This document shows, in pieces, positions 1 to 10,325 of a stretch of DNA of 64,000 nucleotides. The stretch covers positions 551,994-615,993 of the forward strand of contig JAZJYI010000008.1 in assembly GCA_040390445.1 (NCBI GenBank), read 5' to 3'. The stretch is from Bacteroidota bacterium. GTDB lineage: Bacteria > Bacteroidota > Bacteroidia > Sphingobacteriales > Sphingobacteriaceae. The stretch's first letter is position 1. Every line of letters begins with the position of its first letter. The position numbers were made by a program, and so were the translations under genes. The notes under the pieces were generated by a model that was given only the letters and a program-made list of their open reading frames with translations, did no database searches and was not told the DNA's origin.

Positions 1-2
1 TA

Positions 3-527
3 CTTACCACGAACGGTGTACCTGTAGCCGGCGAGTATGAGATAAAGAACGCGCAGGCCATGAAGATAATGGACAGTTTTGGCGCAGGTGGTTCTTTTAC
101 TGAATACTATGCCATGGATTACAAAGACGACGTAGTGCTTATGGGCCACGATGGCCCCGGCCATATTGCCATTGCCGAAGGGCGTACAAAAGTAAAACCT
201 TTGCAGGTTTACCATGGCAAGGTAGGGAATGGCCTTTCTGTAGAAATGGTGGTTAAAAATGGCCCTGTTACCTGTCTTTCTATCCTTGAAAACGGCAATG
301 GCGAATTGGTAATGCTGGTGGCCGAAGGCGAATCGGTAAACGGGCCGATCCTTCAGATTGGGAACACCAACAGCAGGTACAAATTCCCAATAGGTGCACG
401 CCAATTTGTTAACGACTGGAACAGCCACGGCCCGGCGCACCATTGTGCGGTTGGTATAGGTCACATTAGTAGTAAGCTTGATAAATTAGCAAAGATACTG
501 GGCATGGAGATCATCCAGGTATGTTAA
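3..527 (+). CDS. L-fucose/L-arabinose isomerase family protein, 5'-truncated by the window edge
   Basis: The frame is open from base 3 (LTTNGVPVAGEYEIKNAQAMKIMD...). Motifs GHDGPGH and GPAHHCAVG are typical of the C-terminal half of this isomerase family. Confidence 0.8.
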   Translation, partial: LTTNGVPVAGEYEIKNAQAMKIMDSFGAGGSFTEYYAMDYKDDVVLMGHDGPGHIAIAEGRTKVKPLQVYHGKVGNGLSVEMVVKNGPVTCLSILENGNGELVMLVAEGESVNGPILQIGNTNSRYKFPIGARQFVNDWNSHGPAHHCAVGIGHISSKLDKLAKILGMEIIQVC

Positions 528-912
528 ATGGTTTGATTGAAAGCAACTCAAAGATCGCGCAGCCCCATTTAGTAATGGAGTTGGCTTAGCAGCAAATACG
601 GTAGGAAGTAGTCAGCGCTTCTAATGGTTCTGCTACCATTTAAATTGCGGCTTAATTAAATAATTGACGAAAATTTAGCGGGGAGAGGCTGGTTTTGCTT
701 TTAAATAATTTACTAAAGGACTGAGGATAATCAAAACCTAATTCATAGGCAATTTCACTCACGGATAATTGAGTAGTTGACAATTTTTCCTTGGCCTGTT
801 ATAATAATTTTCATCCTACAAAGGTCAATAATACCATATATAGCTAATTAACCAAATCAACTGATAGTGTGTTCAAAGCGGATGTTGAAATGAAGTTTAG
901 ATAATAAGGCGC

Positions 913-939
913 AGGTGAAGCTTAAAAATAGCTTCACCT
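913..939. terminator. Hairpin between convergent transcription units
   Basis: AGGTGAAGCT-taaaaat-AGCTTCACCT is a perfect 10-bp stem, followed by TTTAT on the + strand. Confidence 0.6.
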
Positions 940-979
940 TTTATATTTTCATCATCCTTGCCGTAAAATGTTTCCAGGC

Positions 980-1648
980 TTACACAGCTTGCGTTAAGTT
1001 GACAGAGGGAATATGAAAGTCTTTTTTCATAAATGTTACCTCTCCGAATGATAGTGGTTGGTGAAAGTCCGGGGTTTCTGAAACAATGTTTACCCAGCTT
1101 AAAAAATGTGGTACCGGCAGGTCATCACCGCACTTTGCGAAATTTGCCAAACAGGTTAATCCGCTTAGTGATGTAATATTGTGATGATAAAAAACACTAA
1201 GCGGTAAATTTACCGTAATATTCCATTTGATAACTTTACTATTATTTATGTTATTAATAGCGACAATAACGTTATCTTCAACAATCTTCAACAATTTTTC
1301 CGGTATATATCTTCTACGCTGTCTGTTCTTTCCAAAGGCCGCCTTTACCGAGCCAAGGCAATTAAATTCGAAATTGTAATAGCCCGCGTCATTTTCAAAA
1401 GCGATAAAAAACTCCACGCAATTGTCTTTGTGGACTTCGCCATTTATTTTGCGCTTTTTTGCAAGCAATACCTGCTCAGTTACAATATAATTTATGGATA
1501 ACCCTGTATCGTAGTGTGATATGCTAAACTCTGCATTGCAGGATGGCTTATCAGTTCTGTTCCAGGGTTCAAAACTAATAGCGTGTAAGGGCAATTTGCT
1601 GTGCAGGTGTTTTTGTTGCGGTATAAATGGTATTTCTAATGATTTCAT
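980..1648 (-). CDS. Carbohydrate-binding family 9-like (DOMON-like) protein
   Basis: Motifs DNCVEFF, YYNFEFNCLG, ANFAKCGDDLPVPHFLSW and PDFHQP. It is the last gene of the nag operon and overlaps the GH20 stop by 4 nt. Confidence 0.75.
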   Translation of the reverse strand: MKSLEIPFIPQQKHLHSKLPLHAISFEPWNRTDKPSCNAEFSISHYDTGLSINYIVTEQVLLAKKRKINGEVHKDNCVEFFIAFENDAGYYNFEFNCLGSVKAAFGKNRQRRRYIPEKLLKIVEDNVIVAINNINNSKVIKWNITVNLPLSVFYHHNITSLSGLTCLANFAKCGDDLPVPHFLSWVNIVSETPDFHQPLSFGEVTFMKKDFHIPSVNLTQAV

Positions 1649-3204
1649 CTAAGCTTGGAAAGGCGCTGGTATAGCAAATGTATTTTTTGGTTCCTAAGTT
1701 TGTTTTCTTGCTCTAATTCCGATTTGTAAAATGTTGTCTGGTTAAGGTTTATAAAAGCCGCATTCAATGGTTGTTCATCCTGTAAAAGTGATTTTAAGCG
1801 TGCCAGATAACCGGCAATTTTGTTTGGTGCAGGGTCGTTATTCACATCGGCTTCAATAGTCATAAAGGTTAAATAATAAGCCCTTATAGCAGCCATTAAA
1901 CGGTATTGCTTAAATTCTTCTACTCCTTTTATTGGTGTAATGCTATTCAGTATTTTTAAGGCATATTTGGCGCTGTCCTGCAGTTGTTTAACAGACATGG
2001 AACGTGGCGATAAAACCTTGCCATTTTCTACTTTATAGGGCGCTGTAAATAGTGCCTTTTGAAATAGTAAAGCTTGTTTTTCTGATATCCCCAATTTACT
2101 ATTGCAATATGCAAGAATAAATTTTTGTATGTCAAGCGACTTATCGGTGTTGATAGCATCCAGGTAGGCGTCAATAATAATATTAAAACCGGTAATAGGG
2201 TAAACATGGCGTATGGCATACAAATCTACCAGTTGCCCGGATGATTCAAAAACTGATGAATACACACCAGAGGTTGACCATGATGTCATGACGATGCCTT
2301 TGTACCCCAACTTTTTTGACAGTGGTATAAAATCTTTTACATTATTAAAGTGCTTTTGCCAGGTGGTTATAAAATAGTTATCAGGGTCGCTTCTGATGGA
2401 TGGCGCTCCCCATATCTCGTAACCGCTTTTGGCCAACGCGCTATGATCACCAAACAGGTTTATATCCCACCCATAATTCCAATCAATAAACACGGTTTGT
2501 TTAGGTAGCAAGTGGATATAATCTGGATACTTTAAGGCAATATCGGCCCATACAATGGGCCGTTTGCCCATGCTTACAACAATATCGCACAGCATTTTTA
2601 TATGATCGAAATATAACCTGGAGATACCTACTTCGGCAGCCCGTTTTTTACACTTTTCGCAATGCCCAAGCAAATAGGTTTCATCGCCACCTATATGTAT
2701 ATAGTTGGATTGATGTGTAGCTATCATGTCTGCATAAAGCTTAGTGAAAAGCTGTTTGTTCAACTCGGTTTCACTTGGGCATACCTGTGAGTAATCTTTA
2801 TTATCTTCGCGAAGGGTAGCGTACCTGTAGTTTCTTAGGATATACTCCACATGCCCAAAACTTTGCTGCAGAGGTATGACGTCTACATGCAGTGATTTGC
2901 AGTAACTAATAAATTGGGCTACTTCCTGGCGGGTGTAAGCATATCTGTTAGGGATAAGCGTTTCTGTTTTAAACGGATAAGTTGCTTCCCACTCCATAAT
3001 AATGGTATTTACTCCCTTTTTGCTAAGCTTTAAAACAAACTGTTTTAAAGCGGGTAGTTTCATCACCTGTACACGAAGATCAAGATGGAAACCTTTTACA
3101 GCAAATGTAGTATCTGCTCTAATAGCCTTTGCCGATATTGTCCCGGCAAAAAACGTTGTTGAAATGAAAAATGCCACAAGGCTTTTGTAAATCAATTTTT
3201 TCAT
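1645..3204 (-). CDS. GH20 beta-N-acetylhexosaminidase, secreted
   Basis: Signal peptide; KGFHLD, IIPLQQSFGHVEY-like segment and the catalytic HIGGDE motif. Confidence 0.85.
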   Translation of the reverse strand: MKKLIYKSLVAFFISTTFFAGTISAKAIRADTTFAVKGFHLDLRVQVMKLPALKQFVLKLSKKGVNTIIMEWEATYPFKTETLIPNRYAYTRQEVAQFISYCKSLHVDVIPLQQSFGHVEYILRNYRYATLREDNKDYSQVCPSETELNKQLFTKLYADMIATHQSNYIHIGGDETYLLGHCEKCKKRAAEVGISRLYFDHIKMLCDIVVSMGKRPIVWADIALKYPDYIHLLPKQTVFIDWNYGWDINLFGDHSALAKSGYEIWGAPSIRSDPDNYFITTWQKHFNNVKDFIPLSKKLGYKGIVMTSWSTSGVYSSVFESSGQLVDLYAIRHVYPITGFNIIIDAYLDAINTDKSLDIQKFILAYCNSKLGISEKQALLFQKALFTAPYKVENGKVLSPRSMSVKQLQDSAKYALKILNSITPIKGVEEFKQYRLMAAIRAYYLTFMTIEADVNNDPAPNKIAGYLARLKSLLQDEQPLNAAFINLNQTTFYKSELEQENKLRNQKIHLLYQRLSKLR

Positions 3205-3222
3205 GCTAATGAGTATTAATAA

Positions 3223-3999
3223 TTAAACATACTGTTCAGATAATTGGCCGTAGCTGTCGGTATCAATAAATAACATAGCGGCGTTATGTGTAGTCAATAC
3301 TGTAGAGGGATAGGTTTCAGACACCGGCTTAGTTAGTGTATGCTTTACCGCTGTAGCTTTGTTTTTGCCCGGCACCATGCAAAAAACATAAGGCGCGCTC
3401 ATTAAAGCGGGGATAGTTAGGGTAAGCGCAATTTCGGGTACTTCGGTTAATGTGTCAAAGCATTCATCGTTTACCTGCTGCTGGCGGCAGGCCAGATCCA
3501 GATTTACAATTTTAACCATTTCTGGGTCGTTAAAATCTGCAATATGCGGATCGTTAAAGGCTATATGCGTATTTTCACCAATACCCATGCATACCACATC
3601 GGGCGGCTTATTTAAAAGCAAATCAGAATATCGCCGGCATTCATCCTTAAAAGAGGCTACATTACCATTCAGGTAGTTTACTGATGCAAATGGCACCAAA
3701 CTAAACAGCTTTGCCCTTAAAAAATTACCGAAACCCTGTGGTGCATCTGCAGGCAGCCCCAGGTACTCATCCATGTGGAAAGCATTTATGCGGTCCCATT
3801 CAATAGTTTCATCGGCAACAAGCGCCTCTAGAAACTCGTTTTGCGATGGGGCCGCAGCAAATATTACGTTTATAGTAGGCTTAATAGCCAACAAGTCTTT
3901 AAACTTAGTGCTCACACTTTTTGCAGCAGCCAGGCCTAATGATTGCCTGTTCTCAAAAATTAATACATCAAGTTTGTCTTTTTTTATACTCTTTAACAT
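3223..3999 (-). CDS. nagB: Glucosamine-6-phosphate deaminase
   Basis: Motifs AFHMDEY, MGIGENTHIAFNDP and ALTLTIPAL; adjacent to nagA. Confidence 0.85.
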   Translation of the reverse strand: MLKSIKKDKLDVLIFENRQSLGLAAAKSVSTKFKDLLAIKPTINVIFAAAPSQNEFLEALVADETIEWDRINAFHMDEYLGLPADAPQGFGNFLRAKLFSLVPFASVNYLNGNVASFKDECRRYSDLLLNKPPDVVCMGIGENTHIAFNDPHIADFNDPEMVKIVNLDLACRQQQVNDECFDTLTEVPEIALTLTIPALMSAPYVFCMVPGKNKATAVKHTLTKPVSETYPSTVLTTHNAAMLFIDTDSYGQLSEQYV

Positions 4000-4019
4000 A
4001 GGTATGTATTTTATCTTTT

Positions 4020-5216
4020 TTACTTAATAAAAGCCGCGGTGGGTTCCTGCGAATAAACAACCCTGCCTCCAATAATGGTAGTGTGCAGGTTAATATCTTT
4101 ATCAAAGATCACCAGGTCGGCATCTTTACCTACTTCAATCGATCCCTTTTTATCTGCCACACCCATTATTTTTGCCGGGGTGGTCGTCATCATTTTAACC
4201 GCATCTTTAACAGGTACATCTGCAAGCCGTATCATGTTTTTAACCAGTTGTATGGTTGTGGCCACGCTACCGGCAAAGGCGCTGCGATCTGGTAATTTGG
4301 CAACATTATCTTCCACTATTACACGCAGGCCATTCTTTAAATCGCCTAGTATGCTTTCGCCAGGGGGCATGCCTGCAGCGCGCATGGCATCAGTAACAAG
4401 AGCTATTTTGTCCGGCCCTTTTATTTTATAAACCAGTTTAAGCAATGCCGGTGGCAGGTGCACCCCATCGGCTATTATCTCTACAGTCATGTCATCTAAC
4501 AGGTAAGCGCTTTCGATAACACCGGCATACCTGAACGCGTTACGTCGTGACACACCAGACATGCACGAATAAAAATGTGTGCAGTGGGTAAAACCTACAT
4601 GATATGCATCAAGCACCTCTTCATAAATGGCATCGGTATGCGCTATTGATGCTAAAACACCTTTTGATTGCAGATACCGGCCAAATTCTATAATACCCGG
4701 CAATTCCGGGGCTGCACTCCATCTTTTTACAATTGATGAATACCTTAAAATTTCCTTATATTCCTTTGGATCAGGCTGCCTGATAAAACGCGGGTCCTGC
4801 GCACCACGCTGTGCCATCGAAAAATATGGCCCCTCAATGTGCATACCAATGAATTGCGCTCCATCCTTGTTTAAAGGCTGGGCTTCTTCATACAGTTTCA
4901 GGGTTTTGCGCAACGCATCCTGTTCGCAACTAAGCGTTGTGGGGGTAAAAGCTGTGGTACCGTAACGGGCATGTAGTTTGGCTATTTCTAAATAGGCATC
5001 AATAGTATTATCCATAAAATCGTGCCCGGCACCACCGTGTACATGTATATCAATAAAACCGGGAGCTAAATATTTGCCTTTTGCATCAATAACATGGCCG
5101 GTATAATCATCCGTATTATCGTTGTTAATAGCTGCTATTTTGCCGTCCTTAACTATTAAGGTGCCCTTATTTAAAATATTGGCAGGCGTTATAATTTTTG
5201 CATTAATTATTTTCAT
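4020..5216 (-). CDS. nagA: N-acetylglucosamine-6-phosphate deacetylase
   Basis: Motifs PGFIDIHVHG, HIEGPY, THFYSCM, IIADGVH and VTDAM. Start placed at MKIINAK (5216) rather than the ORF-track start at 5231. Confidence 0.92.
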   Translation of the reverse strand: MKIINAKIITPANILNKGTLIVKDGKIAAINNDNTDDYTGHVIDAKGKYLAPGFIDIHVHGGAGHDFMDNTIDAYLEIAKLHARYGTTAFTPTTLSCEQDALRKTLKLYEEAQPLNKDGAQFIGMHIEGPYFSMAQRGAQDPRFIRQPDPKEYKEILRYSSIVKRWSAAPELPGIIEFGRYLQSKGVLASIAHTDAIYEEVLDAYHVGFTHCTHFYSCMSGVSRRNAFRYAGVIESAYLLDDMTVEIIADGVHLPPALLKLVYKIKGPDKIALVTDAMRAAGMPPGESILGDLKNGLRVIVEDNVAKLPDRSAFAGSVATTIQLVKNMIRLADVPVKDAVKMMTTTPAKIMGVADKKGSIEVGKDADLVIFDKDINLHTTIIGGRVVYSQEPTAAFIK

Positions 5217-5249
5217 GTCAGTAGAACCCATCTATTAAAATAACAAGTG

Positions 5250-6539
5250 TTAAAATGCCCATCTTTTTACCTTATGACCATAGAACGCATAAAAAGTGAG
5301 GAAGAAATAGCAGGGCAATAAAACCCAATAGCCACTACGTAAACTATAGCTATCGGCCAGATGCCCATAAATTAAAGGCATAACAGCATTGCCACTAAGC
5401 CCCATAATTAATAGCGATGCGCCTAATTTTAAATGCTTGCCCAACCCGTCAAGCGCCAGCGGCCATATGCCTGCCCATATCATAGAATTGGCAAAGCCCA
5501 AAAGCACCATAAACCATATGGATATATCAGTACGGTGGCCCAAAAATGTAACCTGACCTTTACTATATATCACCAGTAATGAAAACGTTATACCCAGTAA
5601 TGTACACACCCTTAGCGCATTTTTTTGAGATATACCCCATGGGATTAAAGAAATGCCCAGCAAATACCCGCAGATGGTAGCAAAAAGGGTGTATGAGGGG
5701 AATACTTTTGCTTCGGTAATTGGTATGCCCATCCCCTGTGCATAGGGGATGATGGTATCTATAACAATTACCTGCGAACCCACGTGGAAAAATATTGCCA
5801 TCGCCCCCAGTATTAAATGAGGAAAACGGAAAATGCTTGTCTTTGTAGTCTCCAGATTACTGGCCTTATCTACCAGATGCTGGTCCACTTCGGGCAGGGG
5901 TGAAAACCTTATTAATATGCCCAGCAAAGTAAGTATGCAACCCACAACAGCATAGGGGGCGATAACCCGTTTTATTAATGCATCTAATACCAGGTTACGT
6001 TGGGTGATATCCATTAAATGGACATCTTTAAAAAGTTGGTTATCAGTTGGTTTTATGATGATGGCTGCAAGCAATAAGGGTGCGATAATGCCTGCGGTTT
6101 TGTTGCAGATACCCATTATACTGATGCGTTGTGCGGCTCTTTCTTTTGCGCCAAGTATGGTAACATAAGGGTTGGCGGCTGTTTGCAGTATAGCCAAACC
6201 TATTCCGATAATAAACAGACCTGTTAGAAATAGGGGGTACGACCGTACCATAGCTGCCGGAATAAAAATGAAAGCGCCAAATGCCATTATAAAAAAACCT
6301 GTCATCATTCCTTTTTTGAATCCTGTTTTTTGCAGCAGGAAGGATGCAGGAACAGAGATAACCAGGTATGAAATGTAAAAAGCAAAAGCTACCAGGTACG
6401 ATTGAAAGTTGGTTAACTGGCACGCTACCTTAAAATAGGGTATAAGTACGGCATTTATCCAGGTGGCAAAACCAAATACGAAAAACACAACGCAAATAAT
6501 AAGCAAAGAGATAACATTTCGCTTGTTTTCCTGGCTCAT
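5250..6539 (-). CDS. MFS sugar transporter, FucP/GluP family; probable GlcNAc permease
   Basis: About 12 hydrophobic segments with LQTAANPY and QRISIMG motifs. Start placed at MSQENKR (6539) because the longer ORF start overlaps the predicted operator. Confidence 0.85.
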   Translation of the reverse strand: MSQENKRNVISLLIICVVFFVFGFATWINAVLIPYFKVACQLTNFQSYLVAFAFYISYLVISVPASFLLQKTGFKKGMMTGFFIMAFGAFIFIPAAMVRSYPLFLTGLFIIGIGLAILQTAANPYVTILGAKERAAQRISIMGICNKTAGIIAPLLLAAIIIKPTDNQLFKDVHLMDITQRNLVLDALIKRVIAPYAVVGCILTLLGILIRFSPLPEVDQHLVDKASNLETTKTSIFRFPHLILGAMAIFFHVGSQVIVIDTIIPYAQGMGIPITEAKVFPSYTLFATICGYLLGISLIPWGISQKNALRVCTLLGITFSLLVIYSKGQVTFLGHRTDISIWFMVLLGFANSMIWAGIWPLALDGLGKHLKLGASLLIMGLSGNAVMPLIYGHLADSYSLRSGYWVLLPCYFFLTFYAFYGHKVKRWAF

Positions 6540-6592
6540 ATACTTAGATAAATGGATTAAATAACATTGGTCACAAGTTAAGTAATTGAATT

Positions 6593-6606
6593 CGTGTGCG
6601 TACACG
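6593..6606. promoter_or_regulatory. Putative LacI-family operator of the nag operon
   Basis: Imperfect palindrome CGTGTGCGTACACG with a central CG, lying between a minus-strand TATTTTTG box and the permease start. A LacI gene is immediately upstream. Confidence 0.55.
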
Positions 6607-6938
6607 CATGCAATTATAATTATAAAATTCTATTAATTGCAAAAATATTGTTCTGATAGGGGGGGATTTTGCATCGTTTGCTTATAAGCCAAAAACTAGC
6701 TTGTTCAGGCAGAACCTGAGGGATGTAAACAGCCAAATACCAGCTGTTCAAAATACTCTTAATAGCTATTTCGTACAAGTTACTTACCGGATTATATATG
6801 CATAAGCAAATGCATGCTTGCCGTTATTAAGCAGGTAGCTGATAATATATATTACGGAACCCAGCTGAGTAGCTAAAACATATCAACTAAGAGATGCAGA
6901 CTATTAATTTGAAGGTTAGGGGTTAGGACTTTCGATCG

Positions 6939-8000
6939 TTAATTTTTATAATAAAGGAAGTTTTCCCGTGTAATAATATCTATTGGCATGTAAGTGGTTT
7001 GCTCAATATCTTCTACTCCAAAGAAGTGCTTATACAAGGCCATAATGCCCAGGTAACCTTGTTCCATAGGGCGTTGGCTGATAAGAAAGGAGATTGAACC
7101 GTCTTCTAACCCACGAGCATTTTCTTCAATAAAATCATATCCCGCCAAAATGGTTTTTTGCGGGTTGTTGGCCAATATTTGTGCCAGTACATTCACCCTG
7201 GAATTTGTTACGAATATTGCTTTAGTATTTGGAGCCGAATTGAGCGCATTATTAACCTGTTTTTCAATTGATGAAAAATTGGTATGATTTATATTGAGGG
7301 TAAGGATAGTATTGGGGATATTATTTTCTTCAAAATAGACGCGGAAACCTTGTTCCTTACGACGCAAATGATGATCCAATTCCAGGTCTGTTGAAATGTT
7401 AACTATGAAAATTTCGTCTGCGTTGCGTATCATTAAACTTAACATTTGCGCTGCAAGCCTGCCACTCTGGTACAGATCTGGCCCTATGTAACTCAAACTT
7501 TCCTGTTTTGGTAAGTCGGAGTTGATGAAAACAAATGGAATACCGGCAGCGACAAGCTTTTTGGTTAATGCCAGTGATTCTTCTATAAATGACGGTGCCA
7601 GTAATACACCTTGAAGATCTGTATTCAAGGCAAGTTCTCCTGCCTCATTAAAACTACTTCTGGAATCCAGATCGTAGAAAAATTGGGTAATATTTACACC
7701 AAATTGATTAAGCTCAGAAACCGCCTTCTTAATACCCGCTAATGGGTAAGACCAATAATTTGTTTCGCTGGAGCTTTTCGGTATAATCACACCAATATTC
7801 ATCTGGTTGCGTTTGGCCAGCAGGCTGGCCATTTTATTTGGTGTGAAATTCAATTCTTTTATTATCGAATTTATTTTCTCTTTAGTTGTCTTTGAAACGC
7901 CTTTACGATTATGAATTACCCTGTCTACGGTGCCAATAGAAACGTTTGCAAGCTTAGCAATTTTCTTTACGCCGATCAAATCTGAATTATTGTTTTCCAT
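6939..8000 (-). CDS. LacI family transcriptional regulator
   Basis: N-terminal HTH (VKKIAKLANVSIGTVDRVIHNR) plus a periplasmic-binding-protein-like domain. A TATATTTG promoter box lies at 8012-8019 on the minus strand. Confidence 0.92.
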   Translation of the reverse strand: MENNNSDLIGVKKIAKLANVSIGTVDRVIHNRKGVSKTTKEKINSIIKELNFTPNKMASLLAKRNQMNIGVIIPKSSSETNYWSYPLAGIKKAVSELNQFGVNITQFFYDLDSRSSFNEAGELALNTDLQGVLLAPSFIEESLALTKKLVAAGIPFVFINSDLPKQESLSYIGPDLYQSGRLAAQMLSLMIRNADEIFIVNISTDLELDHHLRRKEQGFRVYFEENNIPNTILTLNINHTNFSSIEKQVNNALNSAPNTKAIFVTNSRVNVLAQILANNPQKTILAGYDFIEENARGLEDGSISFLISQRPMEQGYLGIMALYKHFFGVEDIEQTTYMPIDIITRENFLYYKN

Positions 8001-8253
8001 GTCTTATTAATCAAATATAAGAATGAAATATCTCTAAACCCATGCTTTATACGTTATTGTTATGCATTGCAGAAATTTGTGGATTACAAAAAACGCTGTC
8101 TAAAAAGACAGCGTTTGCTTTCATGGTAATAGCTATTAATTTATCTTTCTTCCAATCGCCTTTAACAGACTATTGGTGTCTGAAACATGCTGTGAAGTTT
8201 CTGTACCTGTACAAACGTTGCCTAAGGAGGCTGTAGATACTTATCTTTGCATT

Positions 8254-9129
8254 GTGCCTGCAAAAAAATCCTCTTTATCCCCTGTAAAAAAAGCTGTAGC
8301 TAAGAAAAAAGTATCCCGTAAAAAAACAACTGGTCACAAGTTTCCTTATCTGAAAGTGACGTTATGGGTTTTTGTGCTTGCTGTTTTATGTTCACCATTT
8401 TATTACGGCTATGTGCTAAAATCAGCTGTTACTACCTGGCGATGGATAAAGGATATAGGCAGTAACCCCAATTATCGTACTTATACCAGTTTTCAGATCA
8501 AAATACCTGCGCAGTATAAAATACACGGCATTGATGTTTCTTACGCGCAGGGCAAAATAAATTGGGATAAGGTGAGTAAAATGGAAGAGGATAGCGTTCG
8601 GGTTTCGTTTGCTTTTATAAAAGCGACAGAAGGCTTACTTACGGTTGACCCTTATTTTAAACGCAATTGGCGGGAAGCGCCAAAAGCGGGTATTATTTGT
8701 GGTGCTTATCATTATTTCAGGCCAAAAAAAGATGGGTTATGGCAGGCGCGTTTCTTTCTGCAGAATGTACAGATAGAAGCAGGAGATCTGCCACCTGTAG
8801 CAGATGTGGAGACATTGGATAAGTTACCTCCGCAGGTAATGAGGAAAGAGTTGACCAAATTTCTTAAACATATTGAGGAGAGAACTAAGACCCGCCCTAT
8901 TATTTATACGGGCATTAGTTTTTATAACGATTATCTGAAAGGATACTTTGATGGATATACTTTATGGATAGCGCATTATAACCGCGAACAATTAAACCTG
9001 AGCAAAGACACCCCATGGCAGTTTTGGCAACACTCCGAAACTGCACATATCAATGGTATTGATCATTTAGTTGATTTTGATGCATTTAAAGGGGATAGCT
9101 TGGCACTTAGATCGTTGGTTGTGCAATGA
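8254..9129 (+). CDS. GH25 lysozyme/muramidase with an N-terminal membrane anchor
   Basis: Motifs HGIDVSYAQG, FIKATEG, GAYHYF, LPPVADVE and FWQHSE. A basic stretch precedes one TM helix. The GTG start at 8254 directly follows TATCTTTG. Confidence 0.88.
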   Translation: MPAKKSSLSPVKKAVAKKKVSRKKTTGHKFPYLKVTLWVFVLAVLCSPFYYGYVLKSAVTTWRWIKDIGSNPNYRTYTSFQIKIPAQYKIHGIDVSYAQGKINWDKVSKMEEDSVRVSFAFIKATEGLLTVDPYFKRNWREAPKAGIICGAYHYFRPKKDGLWQARFFLQNVQIEAGDLPPVADVETLDKLPPQVMRKELTKFLKHIEERTKTRPIIYTGISFYNDYLKGYFDGYTLWIAHYNREQLNLSKDTPWQFWQHSETAHINGIDHLVDFDAFKGDSLALRSLVVQ

Positions 9130-9315
9130 TCCGGTATCCTGTCAGCACCAGCAATGTAGGTAAGAAAGTCATTCGCCAGATTGCTTGAGCGGGATACATT
9201 TTACGCGCCAAAAATATATGACTTGGCCATCTTTCAATCATCATTAATTTATCGTTATAACAATTATACTAAAATTATTAGTATTTGGTTTATATTTGAA
9301 AAAAGTTAAATGTAA

Positions 9316-9591
9316 ATGATGACGGACAATAATTATTTAACCAGTGAGGCTAAAGCTTTTGTAAAGCGCATAGATGGCCCCGATGAAGTAATAAGGGTTG
9401 TGCCCGACCATCTGCAAAAAAAAGCAGCTCAATGTTATCAGCTGTATACCGCTTTTGAAGAACGGCCCGATGATCTCGGCTGCATTTTATTTGATGAGCA
9501 GGGGTATTGGATTTATGATGGTGATTTATTATCTATTGCAGAGCAGGAACAACTTGCAGACTTTATTATTAATTATGTAGAAAGGCTATGA
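9316..9591 (+). CDS. Small hypothetical protein
   Basis: 91-aa ORF with a TATATTTG box at 9291-9298, coupled to the next gene by an ATGA overlap. Confidence 0.7.
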   Translation: MMTDNNYLTSEAKAFVKRIDGPDEVIRVVPDHLQKKAAQCYQLYTAFEERPDDLGCILFDEQGYWIYDGDLLSIAEQEQLADFIINYVERL

Positions 9592-10085
9592 AAAAGACAA
9601 TTAATTACCGGTTGACCGTAGCAGAAAAGCAAGTGCTTAAAAATCAAAAAATAAGCCAAAAGCTATTGCAGGATTATGCTCCAGATGAAATTGCCAGTCT
9701 GTTGGAGGCATCGCCCCAGCGTGCCAAAGAATTGAATGCACTGGCAGAATTTCAAAGCATCCCCTCGCTTGGTATCAACTTTGCCGAAGAATTGATAAGC
9801 CAGGGTTATTATAGGCTGGCGCAACTCAAGGGGAAGTCGGCAGTAGCATTATTTGATGCTTTTGAACAGCACAGCGGTGCCTGGGCCGACCCATGTGTAG
9901 AAGATTCGTACCGATTGCTTGTACATTATATAGAAAACCATGACGACTCCAAACGCTGGTGGCATTTCACAGCCGAGCGCAAAGATTACCGCGAGCGATA
10001 TGGTTTTTCTGCTAACCGGCCTAAAAATGCCTGGCACGAGAGCGGCGATTATCCTAAAATGGCCGGTTATCTTCAAAATAAATAA
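9588..10085 (+). CDS. Helix-hairpin-helix protein, Cdd1/'pathogenicity locus' family-like
   Basis: HhH motif FQSIPSLGINFAEEL followed by DPCVED and RWWHF, which are typical of this family. Confidence 0.7.
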   Translation: MKKTINYRLTVAEKQVLKNQKISQKLLQDYAPDEIASLLEASPQRAKELNALAEFQSIPSLGINFAEELISQGYYRLAQLKGKSAVALFDAFEQHSGAWADPCVEDSYRLLVHYIENHDDSKRWWHFTAERKDYRERYGFSANRPKNAWHESGDYPKMAGYLQNK

Positions 10086-10152
10086 TGAAATTTTTTCCTG
10101 ATTATCAGTGTGTTGAATAGGTTGTGTTCAAAATGTCAATATTATTATATTA

Positions 10153-10170
10153 AATCTATAGGATTAGTAG
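10153..10170. promoter_or_regulatory. Putative operator, copy 1 (upstream of the SAM-I riboswitch promoter)
   Basis: AATCTATAGGATTAGTAG; its reverse complement matches 12416-12433 at 15 of 18 positions. It lies just upstream of the TATATTTG box at 10181-10188. Confidence 0.45.
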
Positions 10171-10213
10171 GATATATACATATATTTGCAGTGTAGTAAT
10201 CGTTCTTTAAGTA

Positions 10214-10325
10214 CTTATCCAGAAAGACAGAGGGAAAGGCCCGATGACGTCTTAGCAACCTGTACCGGTTTTATAAACTTGTAAAAGGTGCTAATTCCTG
10301 CTCCGCTAAACGGAGAGAGATAAGA
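10214..10325 (+). ncRNA. SAM-I (S-box) riboswitch
   Basis: P1 CTTATC/GATAAG, P2 AAGAC/GTCTT with GAGGG..CCCGATGA, J2/3 AGCAACC, GGTGCTAATTCC and P4 CTCCG-ctaaa-CGGAG. It lies downstream of a TAnnTTTG promoter. Confidence 0.9.

Noticed and set aside
528-912. Possible RNA element in the intergenic gap (GTAG...CTAC and CCCCATT/AATGGAG stems)
   Set aside because: The stems are short and imperfect, there is no second copy in the window, and they do not resemble an RNA family I recognise.
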